From a virus (Duplodnaviria > Caudoviricetes), in the IMG/VR virus record IMGVR_UViG_3300036766_002286: a DNA stretch of 64,000 nt; one strand, 5' to 3'. Position 1 is the first letter of the stretch. Every line of letters starts with the position of its first letter. Below are positions 1-9,807 of the stretch, piece by piece. The notes under the pieces are model-generated. The model ran no database searches. It was not told the origin of the DNA and saw only the letters and a program-made list of their open reading frames with translations. The translations under genes were made by a program, and so were the position numbers.

Positions 1-284
1 ACGGCCCCAGCCCCGCGCACTTTAGGCAAGAAAGCAATAACACTGGATCGCAAAGATTTCCATGTGCGCTCGTTAACATTCTGCAATTTAAGCATAGCTA
101 GTCCGTCCGCATCTTCCCCGGATGCAAGTCTGATAAGTTCTGGCCTGAATATTTTTAGTAATATTGCGAGTCTGGCATTTGCTCGGCTTCTGTGTACTTT
201 GACTATGATAATTATAATACACAGTAGAACCCAACTCATGCTTATGGCAAATAAAGCTAGCTGTAGTACTTGATAAGTCCGCAT
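1..284 (-). CDS. Partial membrane-anchored protein, possibly HEAT-repeat protein (runs off window edge; not in ORF track)
   Basis: Manual translation MRTYQVLQLALFAISMSWVLLCIIIIIVKVHRSRANARLAILLKIFRPELIRLASGED... is open to base 1; N-terminal TM helix; directly downstream of the response regulator. Confidence 0.55.
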   Translation of the reverse strand, partial: MRTYQVLQLALFAISMSWVLLCIIIIIVKVHRSRANARLAILLKIFRPELIRLASGEDADGLAMLKLQNVNERTWKSLRSSVIAFLPKVRGAGA

Positions 285-288
285 CTGC

Positions 289-666
289 TTATCCTCGCGC
301 TAGCAAGGCCTGCACACGACGTACCAGTTCACCAGGATTAAAAGGCTTTGTTATATAGTCATTAGCCCCAGAAGCAAATCCCGCATCAATATCAGAGTCG
401 CCGGCGCGCGCCGTAAGTAAAATAACATCTAAATTTTTTGTTTCCAAATTTGCTCTTATTTTACGTAGTACATCAAGCCCTGATAGTCCAGGTATCATGT
501 AGTCAAGTATTAGCAATCTTGGGCAATTACTCGCTATTTCCTCAAGTGCCTCATAACCGCTTTCAACACAGCTCACCTCAAATCCTGCCTGTTCTAGTTT
601 AAAAGCTACCAGGTCTAATACATCCCGGTCATCTTCTGCTATCAGAATGCGAACTTTATTTTCCAT
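289..666 (-). CDS. Single-domain response regulator receiver (CheY-like)
   Basis: ILIAEDD, LLILDYMIPG, ILLTAR, DYITKPF receiver motifs; AGGAG before ATG 666. Confidence 0.9.
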   Translation of the reverse strand: MENKVRILIAEDDRDVLDLVAFKLEQAGFEVSCVESGYEALEEIASNCPRLLILDYMIPGLSGLDVLRKIRANLETKNLDVILLTARAGDSDIDAGFASGANDYITKPFNPGELVRRVQALLARG

Positions 667-952
667 TTTTATTTCTCCTTTTCTTACTTTTTTTGGATTT
701 GAGTTTTTGGATTTCTGCAAGTTGTTGCTCAAAACTCCTGTCCGGCCCCAAAAAAGCCCTCTGCAAGAATGCCGCCACATCTAGATCTGCATGCATTGAA
801 ACCCGCACCATAAACGAGAGGCGGTTGAGTTCCTCACTTTCAAAGGCAATTTCATCAGCTTTTAAAAATTCTTCTACAGTCATATTATGACGACCCATAG
901 TTTCTTCTAGCAGTTCCCGAAGTTCGTCAGCGCTCAAAAGTTTAGGTGCCAT
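656..952 (-). CDS. Hypothetical protein, Lys-rich C-terminus
   Basis: ORF; probable leaderless start 8 nt after GCACAAT. Confidence 0.55.
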   Translation of the reverse strand: MAPKLLSADELRELLEETMGRHNMTVEEFLKADEIAFESEELNRLSFMVRVSMHADLDVAAFLQRAFLGPDRSFEQQLAEIQKLKSKKSKKRRNKNGK

Positions 953-1083
953 ATAATATAATTGTGCACATCTTAGCAACCTTTGGCACTCATGGCATAA
1001 AGGTATCTCTCAAACATGCTTTTATTATCTAACTATTCAACACTCTAGCCCTTATAGTATATAAGTGGTATCGCTCTAGAAGA

Positions 1084-1112
1084 TTGCTAATTAAAGCCGA
1101 GCCCCTACAGTA
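1084..1112 (+). promoter_or_regulatory. Class A promoter of the PRP array
   Basis: TTGCTA-16bp(...GCCCC)-TACAGTA. Confidence 0.65.
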
Positions 1113-1173
1113 TGGGTATGAAACAAAGAAGTTTAATTGTGAAAATCATATACATAATAATCAAAGGAGCATA

Positions 1174-1740
1174 ATGAGCAAAGGGCTGTTAACTAAAAAA
1201 CAAGTTATTGCGCTGCTTGCAGATAACAAAAGCCTCGCCAATAAAAATCTAACAAAAATGGATTTATCCGGCCTTGACTTGTCAAAAGTTAACTTTCATG
1301 GAGCTATTTTGCAAGAAGCAAACTTATCTAATTGTAATTTAACTAAAGCAAATTTTTGGGGTGCAAATTTAGCCGACGCCAATCTCAGAGGTTCAGACCT
1401 CACCAAAGCAACTCTACAAGAGGCAAATTTACGTTACACTAATTTAGTTGGCGTAGTCGCAACTTCAGCAAAATTTTATAAAGCATTCTTATTGTGCGTT
1501 GATGCCAGTGGTGCCGACTTTACTGATGCGAACTTCATTGATGCGGATTTACAGTTCGCTGATTTTACTAAAGCTAATCTAAAAAACGCTGTTCTAAGAT
1601 GTGCTAAATTAACAGAAGTCACTTTTGAAGGAGCTAACTTACACAACACAGATTTTACCGATACAAATCTTGAGGAAGCTGATTTATTTGGCGCTAATCT
1701 TAAAGGTGCAATCGCCCCTGATGGGAGTATTCACCCATGA
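1174..1740 (+). CDS. Pentapeptide repeat protein (PRP1)
   Basis: A(N/D)LxX repeats; C-cap GAIAPDGSIHP; AGGAG before ATG 1174. Confidence 0.93.
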   Translation: MSKGLLTKKQVIALLADNKSLANKNLTKMDLSGLDLSKVNFHGAILQEANLSNCNLTKANFWGANLADANLRGSDLTKATLQEANLRYTNLVGVVATSAKFYKAFLLCVDASGADFTDANFIDADLQFADFTKANLKNAVLRCAKLTEVTFEGANLHNTDFTDTNLEEADLFGANLKGAIAPDGSIHP

Positions 1741-2150
1741 GCGAAATCACTCGTGTGGCTTTCTTAGAGATGGTTGCTTCTGGAATAAATACGGGCGACG
1801 TCAACGCAACAGGTCTAGACCTCTCGCATACAAATCTTATGGGCGCCAATCTTAGCCATGCAGACCTGTCCGGCGCCAACTTTTATGGTGCGAATCTTAG
1901 TTACACCAATCTTAGTTATGCAGTTTTTTTCAAAGCTAATTTTACGAAAGCTAATCTATCGTCCGCAGTTCTCATAGGCACAAATTTCTACAAGGCAGTC
2001 TTGATTGAAGCCGATCTCACAGACGTACGTGCAGACTATTCAACATTTTTCAAGGCCGCAAATTTAACCGGAGCACGTTTGTCTATTAGGGAATCAGTTT
2101 CCTCACAATTTTCCAAGACCATTATGCCAGACGGGTCTGTTCATCAATGA
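1737..2150 (+). CDS. Pentapeptide repeat protein (PRP2)
   Basis: Pentapeptide repeats; ITRxxFLE N-cap, IMPDGSVH C-cap; ATGA overlap. Confidence 0.92.
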   Translation: MSEITRVAFLEMVASGINTGDVNATGLDLSHTNLMGANLSHADLSGANFYGANLSYTNLSYAVFFKANFTKANLSSAVLIGTNFYKAVLIEADLTDVRADYSTFFKAANLTGARLSIRESVSSQFSKTIMPDGSVHQ

Positions 2151-2596
2151 GTAAAATCACTCGTGAGAGTTTTCTAGAAATAGTTAAAAACGATCTGCAC
2201 GGCACCAAGCACCGGCCGATGTCTATCAACTGTACTGGCCTAGATCTCACTCATACAGATCTCAGAGGTATTTGGCTATCTACATTAAATTTAGAAGGAT
2301 GTAATCTATTTGCAGCAGATCTCAGAGGTGCAAACTTTAGCTACTCGAATCTTACCAAAGCTAACCTTACCAAAGCTAATTTGTCACTCGCGACTCTCTT
2401 AGGCACAAATTTCTACAAGGCAGTCTTGATTGAAGCCGATCTCACAGTTATAAGAACCGATTATAGAACAAATTTTAAAGAAGCAAACCTAACCGGAGCT
2501 AATATTACTCGTATCAATTTTACCGATGCTCGCCTTATTAGCGCTAGTTTTTTGCATACCATTATGCCGGACGGCACTCTATGGAGACAACCATGA
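2147..2596 (+). CDS. Pentapeptide repeat protein (PRP3)
   Basis: Pentapeptide repeats; MSKITRESFLE cap; IMPDGTLWRQP end. Confidence 0.92.
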   Translation: MSKITRESFLEIVKNDLHGTKHRPMSINCTGLDLTHTDLRGIWLSTLNLEGCNLFAADLRGANFSYSNLTKANLTKANLSLATLLGTNFYKAVLIEADLTVIRTDYRTNFKEANLTGANITRINFTDARLISASFLHTIMPDGTLWRQP

Positions 2597-3018
2597 GTAA
2601 GATTACCCGGGAGAGCTTCTTAGAAAGGAGCAAAAAACGCTCAGCCCTACTCCCTGTTAACTGTACGGGTCTAGACCTATCATATGCAGACCTTAAGTGT
2701 GCGCATTTAGCTGGCTTAGATTTATCGGGTGCCAATCTCAATGGAGCCAACCTTAGTTATACAAACCTTAGCAATACATATCTTAAAAAAGCTAACCTTA
2801 CCAAGGCAAATTTGTCTTCAGCAACCATGTATGGTACAAATCTCTATAAAGCAATTTTAATTAACGCTACTCTTACTAACGTAATGGTCGATCATACAAC
2901 CATTTTTGAGGAAACTAATCTGCAGGGTGCTATTTTATCCCTTGATTTTCCTAGATTTTGGTTTGCAAATTTTACGAAAGTAATTATGCCAGACGGCACT
3001 CTATGGAGACAACCATGA
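2593..3018 (+). CDS. Pentapeptide repeat protein (PRP4)
   Basis: Same caps as PRP3; ATGA overlap sets start at 2593. Confidence 0.92.
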   Translation: MSKITRESFLERSKKRSALLPVNCTGLDLSYADLKCAHLAGLDLSGANLNGANLSYTNLSNTYLKKANLTKANLSSATMYGTNLYKAILINATLTNVMVDHTTIFEETNLQGAILSLDFPRFWFANFTKVIMPDGTLWRQP

Positions 3019-3455
3019 AAAAACTTACAAGTGAAAGTTTTCTAGAAATGGTTGCCGAAGGCGAGGTAATGCATAATATTAACGCTGAAGGCTTAGATCT
3101 TTCACATGCGAATCTACAAAGCGCAGATCTGTATCTCGTAAATCTAACTGGCGCTAATCTTTATGAAGCCAACCTTAGTTCTGCAGATCTAAGACGGGCA
3201 AATCTCACAAAAGCTAATCTCACAAAAACTAATCTCACTTCAGCAATTCTCTATAGCACAAATCTCTATAAAGCAGTTTTAATTGGCGCAGACCTCTCTT
3301 GTGTACTAACTGACCAGGGAACAATTTTTGAGCAAGCAAATTTTCTCCGCGCTCTGTTACCGGCTTCGGTGTATACAGTAACCTATGGGCGTTTACTAAT
3401 ACCAGACTTCACAAACGCTATTATGCCAGACGGCGTAACATATCAGCGTTGGTAA
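3015..3455 (+). CDS. Pentapeptide repeat protein (PRP5)
   Basis: Repeats; MKKLTSESFLE cap; ATGA overlap. Confidence 0.92.
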   Translation: MKKLTSESFLEMVAEGEVMHNINAEGLDLSHANLQSADLYLVNLTGANLYEANLSSADLRRANLTKANLTKTNLTSAILYSTNLYKAVLIGADLSCVLTDQGTIFEQANFLRALLPASVYTVTYGRLLIPDFTNAIMPDGVTYQRW

Positions 3456-3470
3456 CACAAGACCACTATT

Positions 3471-4154
3471 ATGAAAACTCTTTCGAAAGAACAAATAGTG
3501 CATAATGCAGCTAACGGTATAAGCATGTTGGGTATTGACGTCAAAGGTATTGACCTATCTGGTTGTGACCTAACTAAAGCTAAATTGACACATGCTAATT
3601 TTACCGGCGCAAATTTAGCCGGCGCAAGTTTATCGGGAGCCAATCTCTCGAACTCTATTTTAGATCATAGCGATATGTCAGACACCAACATAACTAGAGC
3701 TAACTTTCTTTATGCCAGTTTGCAAGAAGTTAATTTAAAAAGAACTAATGCTATAAGTAGCGGCGAGTATTTTACCAATATGTATAAAGCCAAACTTACT
3801 AAAGCCAACCCAACAGACGCTCAACTGCAAGGTGCCTGTTTGCTGGGGGTTATGGCCAACCTTACAAATTTTTCGAATGCTAATCTTACTAATACATATA
3901 TGCAGGAGATCGACTTATATTATGCCAATCTGACAAGGAGCATTCTAGCTAATGCTGATTTGCGTGGCGCAATTTTACATAGGGCGATTCTCCAAGCCAC
4001 CGTCATGTGTTACGCTAATTTGAGAGATGCGCAGCTTTACGTTAATTATCCAAAAACGCCCGCAGCTTTGTTTCAACCATACCGCTATGAGCCGCTGCTC
4101 GTAAACGTAAGTCTTACCGGCGCAATCATGCCCAATGGAAGTATTCATGACTAA
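3471..4154 (+). CDS. Pentapeptide repeat protein (PRP6)
   Basis: Repeats; loop insertion NAISSGEYFT; GAIMPNGSIHD cap. Confidence 0.92.
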   Translation: MKTLSKEQIVHNAANGISMLGIDVKGIDLSGCDLTKAKLTHANFTGANLAGASLSGANLSNSILDHSDMSDTNITRANFLYASLQEVNLKRTNAISSGEYFTNMYKAKLTKANPTDAQLQGACLLGVMANLTNFSNANLTNTYMQEIDLYYANLTRSILANADLRGAILHRAILQATVMCYANLRDAQLYVNYPKTPAALFQPYRYEPLLVNVSLTGAIMPNGSIHD

Positions 4155-4806
4155 GTTTATATCACAGCAAATTTCTGTGTCGCGCGCTCAAGTCCTAGAA
4201 ATTATAGCAAATAAGGGTACTTTAGCAGATACTGTTATTGATAGATTGGACCTGCAGGGTATAGATTTTAATGGAGTCAGTTTATCTAGGTCCAAGCTGA
4301 TATCCACTAACCTACCACACGCTAACTTATCTCACTGTGATTTAACCCAGGCAACTTTTCAACATAGTACGATTCATCATGCCAATCTGTCTCATAGTTT
4401 TCTGGCAGGAGCATATATGTATGAAATAAGTGGTAATAATGCCAACTTTTTTGAGGCGAATATGGTGAATATAGACTTGGCTGGAGCTGAGTTAAGTTTT
4501 GCAAATCTAACCGGGGTAGTTGCTGCGAGCGACGGTCATACGCGTGAAGCGATGTTTTATTATGCGGATCTCTCGAATGCTGATCTATCTCGAGCAGATT
4601 TTAGAGGTACAGATTTTATGGGCGTGAATTTTTCTAATGCAAATTTGACAAACACAGATCTAGAAAACGCTAATCTACAAGATATCCGCTGTTCTCGCGC
4701 TAATTTAAGTGGAGCGAATTTAACAAACGCTAAAGTGAAAATCCCCCAGCTAAAAACCGCCAACCTAACCAGAACTACCATGCCAGATGGGACGATACAT
4801 GAATAG
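4147..4806 (+). CDS. Pentapeptide repeat protein (PRP7)
   Basis: Repeats; TTMPDGTIHE cap. Confidence 0.92.
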   Translation: MTKFISQQISVSRAQVLEIIANKGTLADTVIDRLDLQGIDFNGVSLSRSKLISTNLPHANLSHCDLTQATFQHSTIHHANLSHSFLAGAYMYEISGNNANFFEANMVNIDLAGAELSFANLTGVVAASDGHTREAMFYYADLSNADLSRADFRGTDFMGVNFSNANLTNTDLENANLQDIRCSRANLSGANLTNAKVKIPQLKTANLTRTTMPDGTIHE

Positions 4807-4832
4807 CTATAATAGATACTTAAAGGCATTAA

Positions 4833-5690
4833 ATGAATAAAAAAGATATTGAATACATCGACAGCCAGGGTTCGCCGGCTGTTTTACGATATGGCGAGTC
4901 GTGGCACGGCACACCACTATCTAATGTAGATTTGTCTTATGCAGATATGTCACACACTGATTTATCCAATTTAGATTTTCATGGCACAAATTTTACAAAC
5001 GTAAATCTATCTTTTACAAAGCTGGAAAACTGTGATTTAAGCCAAACAAAACTTGATGGTGCTTGTTTTAATTATGCTGATCTCAGCTCCGCTAATTTAA
5101 CTTTGGCTTCAAGTGCCTTAGAATCTCCTATACAAGCCCAGGGTGCTCGTTTCATCTGTGCAAATTTATCTGGTTGCCAGCTGCCCGCGTCCTATATGCA
5201 CAAAGCCCGCCTATCTAGAGCAAATTTGACGAACACAGACCTGTCATACGCGGATCTCACTTCAGTATTTATGCTAGGCACAGCCCTACAAAAGGCAAAT
5301 CTCACTGCAGCTAACCTTCGTGAAGCTGTGCTGGGACGCAGTAATTTCACGCAAGCTAATCTAACAGGTGCAAATTTAACAGGCACTGAGCTTTCTGACA
5401 CAAACTTTACTGGGGCAATCATGCATAGAGTAAACTTAAGCGCCGCATATTTCTGTAGAACAATTATGCAAGGCACAGACCTGCAGGGCTCCAATATATC
5501 GAAAACACACCTTTTTAACACAGATATGACTAAAGCGAACCTTAGAGGTGTAGATTTCACCCAATGTATTTTTACAGGTAGTATGCAATACGCCAATCTT
5601 TATGGAGCCATTTTTGACCCCGACCACATATTCGAAGGCGACTCTTACTTCCGAGCGACTTTACCTGATGGTACTTTATATATACCATAA
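4833..5690 (+). CDS. Pentapeptide repeat protein (PRP8)
   Basis: Repeats; IEYIDSQG...GESW N-cap; DHIFEGDSYFRATLPDGTLY C-cap. Confidence 0.92.
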   Translation: MNKKDIEYIDSQGSPAVLRYGESWHGTPLSNVDLSYADMSHTDLSNLDFHGTNFTNVNLSFTKLENCDLSQTKLDGACFNYADLSSANLTLASSALESPIQAQGARFICANLSGCQLPASYMHKARLSRANLTNTDLSYADLTSVFMLGTALQKANLTAANLREAVLGRSNFTQANLTGANLTGTELSDTNFTGAIMHRVNLSAAYFCRTIMQGTDLQGSNISKTHLFNTDMTKANLRGVDFTQCIFTGSMQYANLYGAIFDPDHIFEGDSYFRATLPDGTLYIP

Positions 5691-5771
5691 ACCCATATTC
5701 TAATAGTATCTTCACTCTTGCTACTATACGTGCGCCCTAATAGTATATTATGTATAATATTTGGAGGCATT

Positions 5772-6380
5772 GTGCACACAAGCAAAGAACAGTTAACTAG
5801 AGAGCAAGTTCTCGAAAAAGTTTCAAACCACGACAGCTTCGCTCACACAGATCTGTCTGGAATGGATCTGTCTAGAATGAATTTGTCAGGGTTAAATTTT
5901 AATCACGCCGGTTTGTATGCAGCAAACCTGACCGGGGCTGATTTCACACAAGCAAGTCTGCTCGGCGCCACCCTAAGTGCGTCCCACATGCAGGGTGCTA
6001 GGTTCACACATGCAGACTTAACTTCCGCCTATTTAATAGCAGCGATAGCCCAGGGCACTGATTTCAGTTTTGCTAATTTACAAGACACCTATTTAATTAC
6101 CACCACTTTTGATAAAGCAAATTTTTATAAAGCCGACATGTCTAGAGCTAGAGTGCGCGGAGCGACTTTTCGTGGAGCGAATCTTGAAAATGCTAATTTA
6201 ACAAATACAGATCTCATCGAAGTTATATCTAATGCTAAATTTCACGCACGCCTTAATCAAGTTATACCGGACATGCTTATATCTTATACTGATTTAGCTT
6301 TTACTGACCTAAGTTTTGCAGACTTTACCAAAGCGAACCTAACGAACACAATAGCCCCAGACGGGTCTGTTCACCTATGA
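5772..6380 (+). CDS. Pentapeptide repeat protein (PRP9)
   Basis: Repeats; GGAGG before GTG 5772; LTREQVLEKV cap. Confidence 0.9.
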   Translation: MHTSKEQLTREQVLEKVSNHDSFAHTDLSGMDLSRMNLSGLNFNHAGLYAANLTGADFTQASLLGATLSASHMQGARFTHADLTSAYLIAAIAQGTDFSFANLQDTYLITTTFDKANFYKADMSRARVRGATFRGANLENANLTNTDLIEVISNAKFHARLNQVIPDMLISYTDLAFTDLSFADFTKANLTNTIAPDGSVHL

Positions 6381-7072
6381 GTACTTATAAAAATCTCACA
6401 AGGCAAAATATAATAGATAATGTTGCTAATAATGTAGATATGAAGTTTTGGCATATTCGGGGCATTGATTTGTCTTATGCTGATTTGACTAAAGCTCGTT
6501 TTTTTGCTGTTTCATTCGAGAATGTTAATCTTAAAGGGGCGAGCTTGTCCGGAGCTGACTTGCGAGGTGCTACATTAAACGATATTAATTTGTCCTACGC
6601 AAACTTAACCAGAGCAGATCTGTTCGGTGCTTCACTTAAACAAGCCAACCTCCAAGGTATTAACGCTATAAGTCATGGAAAGTATTTTACCGACATGCGC
6701 AACACCAAGCTTCAGGGGGCAAACTTTCATGGCGCACACTTGCAAGGCGTACAACTAATCCTAGCTAAAGCAGAGGGTGCTAATTTCTCATTCGCTAACT
6801 TGACTTCTGCAAATATGACCAGTATTAATCTGACGTCGGCAGATTTAACTAACACGAATATGACTAAAGTTACTCTTGTTCAAGCAACTGCGATAGATGC
6901 TATTTTAAAAAATACTATTATGACAGACGCCAATCTCACAGAATTAAGAGTTAACGGCAACTACCCTCAAACATTTAAAACAACGACAGACCCAGAAGCC
7001 TATGAATTACTACTATCTGACACCATTCTCACCAATGCCATTATGCCCAATGGTGTCATATATGCAAGTTAG
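6377..7072 (+). CDS. Pentapeptide repeat protein (PRP10), paralog of PRP6
   Basis: Repeats; NAISHGKYFT loop shared with PRP6. Confidence 0.92.
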   Translation: MSTYKNLTRQNIIDNVANNVDMKFWHIRGIDLSYADLTKARFFAVSFENVNLKGASLSGADLRGATLNDINLSYANLTRADLFGASLKQANLQGINAISHGKYFTDMRNTKLQGANFHGAHLQGVQLILAKAEGANFSFANLTSANMTSINLTSADLTNTNMTKVTLVQATAIDAILKNTIMTDANLTELRVNGNYPQTFKTTTDPEAYELLLSDTILTNAIMPNGVIYAS

Positions 7073-7143
7073 CTATAATATACATGTCAAGCACCACAAT
7101 CCTAAATTCGCCACAATAGTACTATTAAGTTAAGGAGAACCCT

Positions 7144-7959
7144 ATGAGAAAAAATATTAATTTCATTGACGGCTGGGGGAAACCAGCAACCCTTGTTTGG
7201 GGTGGGGACTGGAGTCACGTTCGCGGCAACTCAGCTGATTTTTCTTATGCCGACCTGTCTGGTGCGGATCTAACACCTCTCGGCGACTTGTGTGGCGCTA
7301 ATTTCCGCGGAGCAAACCTATCTAATACGACCCGCACTCATACTATAGATATTTTCTCTCTCATAGCCTACGATGCTGATTTCACTCAAGCCAATTTATC
7401 GAAAGCGTCATATCCTACGAGTTTTCCAGGCTTTCCCGGTGCGTATATGGTGCGATCTAAATTTAATGGAGCAAACCTTACCGAAATAAATTTAAGTAAC
7501 GCTGACCTTACTAGTGCTGATCTCAGTGCTGCAGACTTTACTAAAGCTAATCTCACATCAACTGTTTTAGTAGGAACAGTTTGCGGCTCAACCAATTTTT
7601 CTCAAGCAAATCTTACCAATGCTGATCTTCATGGTGCAGACTTATCTTGTGCAAATTTCACAGGCGCAATTATGATTGGTGCCAATCTCGGTCGTGTAGA
7701 TACCTCCACTGACTTTACTGACGCAGATCTCTCATATGCAGATTTCTCTCACGCTTTTCTAGATGAAGCAAATTTCACTAAAGCAAATTTATTTAAAGCA
7801 AATTTTTCTCATGCTAGGAAACTTAACAAAGAGGAGGACTGGTCAGGAGCTAGCTTTCGTGGGGCTAACCTAACCGAAGCCATTTTCGACCCCGACCACA
7901 AATTTGAAGGTGACGCTTATATTGGTGCCACCCTGCCAGACGGTACTTTGTACCGGTAA
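7144..7959 (+). CDS. Pentapeptide repeat protein (PRP11)
   Basis: Repeats; INFIDGWG..W N-cap; FEGDAYIGATLPDGTLYR C-cap. Confidence 0.92.
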   Translation: MRKNINFIDGWGKPATLVWGGDWSHVRGNSADFSYADLSGADLTPLGDLCGANFRGANLSNTTRTHTIDIFSLIAYDADFTQANLSKASYPTSFPGFPGAYMVRSKFNGANLTEINLSNADLTSADLSAADFTKANLTSTVLVGTVCGSTNFSQANLTNADLHGADLSCANFTGAIMIGANLGRVDTSTDFTDADLSYADFSHAFLDEANFTKANLFKANFSHARKLNKEEDWSGASFRGANLTEAIFDPDHKFEGDAYIGATLPDGTLYR

Positions 7960-7981
7960 GTTATAAAATAACACCCGCACC

Positions 7982-8010
7982 TTGCTATTAGTAATACAGC
8001 ATCTACAGTA
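7982..8010 (+). promoter_or_regulatory. Class A promoter
   Basis: TTGCTA-16bp-TACAGTA followed by AAGGAG. Confidence 0.65.
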
Positions 8011-8032
8011 TAAATAAACCAAGGAGACCTCT

Positions 8033-8626
8033 GTGAGTAAACCTAATATAGAATATACTGATCGTAATGATAACGAACAACGTCTACAATGGGACAAGTC
8101 GTGGGCAGACCTCGATTTATGTGGCGCTAATTTTGCAGGCGCCGATCTCAAGGGTGCTAACTTCGCACATTGTGACTTACGTGGCGCTATTTTATACAAG
8201 GCTAATCTAGAGGGCGCTGATTTTCGTAGTGCTGCTATGGTCTCAGCTGACTTAAGTGAAGCTGTCTTAGCTGGCGCAGATCTCTCACATGCAGATCTAT
8301 CATACGCCAAGTTACCTGGAGCAAATCTAGAATCGGCTGATCTGCGTGACGCTAACCTTAATGAAGCTGACCTAAGTGAAGCTAATTTAGTTAATGTCAT
8401 GTTTCACGGCGCTGAATTGAAAAGAGCTAATCTAGCTAATACTAATTTAGAAGGTGCTAATTTTTATCAAGCAACTCTGTATAAGGCTAATCTAGAGGGC
8501 GCTGATTTGCTCGACACTGACTTTAGCGGAGCAACCTTATTTGGTGTGTTATTGTCTGTTCGGCAACGAAATGTATGTCTTGGACGGGACGATGGTATTT
8601 TCGGTGGAGAGACAGCGCATGAATAA
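8033..8626 (+). CDS. Pentapeptide repeat protein (PRP12)
   Basis: Repeats; KPNIEYTDRN..LQWDKSW N-cap. Confidence 0.93.
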   Translation: MSKPNIEYTDRNDNEQRLQWDKSWADLDLCGANFAGADLKGANFAHCDLRGAILYKANLEGADFRSAAMVSADLSEAVLAGADLSHADLSYAKLPGANLESADLRDANLNEADLSEANLVNVMFHGAELKRANLANTNLEGANFYQATLYKANLEGADLLDTDFSGATLFGVLLSVRQRNVCLGRDDGIFGGETAHE

Positions 8627-9047
8627 GCCTAATATAAAATATATTGATCGCAATGGTAACCCTCAGGAATTATCATGGGGCGAATCATGGGTAGGCATAG
8701 ATTTGGCTGGCGCTAACCTACAGGCCACTGATCTGCGGCAAGCTGAGCTGCCAAAGGCCAACCTGCAAGACGCAAATTTAAGTGGAGCAGATTTGAGACG
8801 TGCTGATTTATGTGATGCTAGTTTGCAAGGCGCTAACCTAGAGCGTGCTAATTTAGGTGGTGCTTACTTTTGGAGAGCTAATTTAAGTCACACCAATCTG
8901 CAACACACTAATTTACTAGGCGTTAATTTTGAAGATGCCAATTTAAGCCAAGCCGACTTTACAAATGCCGATCTGCAAGGTGTGACGCTTACTTTGCATC
9001 AACAAAAAGAGTGCATAGGATATAGTACAACTTCGAGAGACGCATGA
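8619..9047 (+). CDS. Pentapeptide repeat protein (PRP13)
   Basis: Repeats; KPNIKYIDRNGNPQELSWGESW cap; QQKECIGY end. Confidence 0.93.
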   Translation: MNKPNIKYIDRNGNPQELSWGESWVGIDLAGANLQATDLRQAELPKANLQDANLSGADLRRADLCDASLQGANLERANLGGAYFWRANLSHTNLQHTNLLGVNFEDANLSQADFTNADLQGVTLTLHQQKECIGYSTTSRDA

Positions 9048-9138
9048 TGCATAAGCCTAATGTAAAATATATTGATAGTCTAGGTAACCCGCAGGAACTT
9101 GTCTGGGGCGACTCATGGGTAGGCATAGATTTGGCGGG
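8779..9138 (+). repeat. 360-bp exact direct repeat, copy 1 (copy 2 at 12123-12482)
   Basis: Base-by-base comparison; constant offset of 3344. Confidence 0.93.
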
Positions 9139-9484
9139 CGCTAATTTAACTAGCGCCAATCTGGTTGGTGCTAATTTAACTGGTGCTAATTTAACTAACG
9201 CCAATTTGACAGATGCAGCGCTGATTAGTGCAATCCTTCATGATGCAGATTTAAGTGACGCAAATCTACGCAAGGCTTGTCTAGTGCGTGCTACACTGCG
9301 TAATGCTAATCTGACGCGAGCAGATTTACGGGGCGCCACTTTAAATAGCACTAACTTATATGGTGCTGATTTAAGTGCCACTAATCTCACCAATGCTATT
9401 TTAACAGGCATAACCTTGTCAGAACAACAAAAAATCGCATGTATTGGTTATAATGAGTCAACTCCACAGCCAGCAGATATTTAA
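9044..9484 (+). CDS. Pentapeptide repeat protein (PRP14)
   Basis: Repeats; QQKIACIGY end. Confidence 0.93.
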   Translation: MMHKPNVKYIDSLGNPQELVWGDSWVGIDLAGANLTSANLVGANLTGANLTNANLTDAALISAILHDADLSDANLRKACLVRATLRNANLTRADLRGATLNSTNLYGADLSATNLTNAILTGITLSEQQKIACIGYNESTPQPADI

Positions 9485-9612
9485 GTGTATAAGTCTACTA
9501 TGAGATGCTATTGTCCACTTATTCATATTAACTACCAAACACCTACCACATAAAGTCTCTTACATTTCGCTATATCCCATGAATAATACCAGAACAACAA
9601 AGAAGAATAACC

Positions 9613-9720
9613 ATATTTAATAAATACGGCCCACAAACCAAATATATTAAGAATTTATTTTATGAAGTCCATAAATTAAACAAAGAGCAAATAACTGCTT
9701 TGCAAAGTTCTGTTGCTTAG
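9613..9720 (+). pseudogene. Truncated paralog of the 13691-14113 gene
   Basis: IFNKYGPQTKYIKNLFYEVHKLNKEQITALQSSVA* vs MFDKYGPQTKYIKRLLDEVYSLNQDQITDLQKSVT; ATG changed to ATA. Confidence 0.8.
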
Positions 9721-9807
9721 GTCGAAACTATCTAAATACGCGTGATCCCCATCCTCTGACTTCATACCTGGTCTGCATTCAATATAATGTCTATAAGGTC
9801 TTATTTT

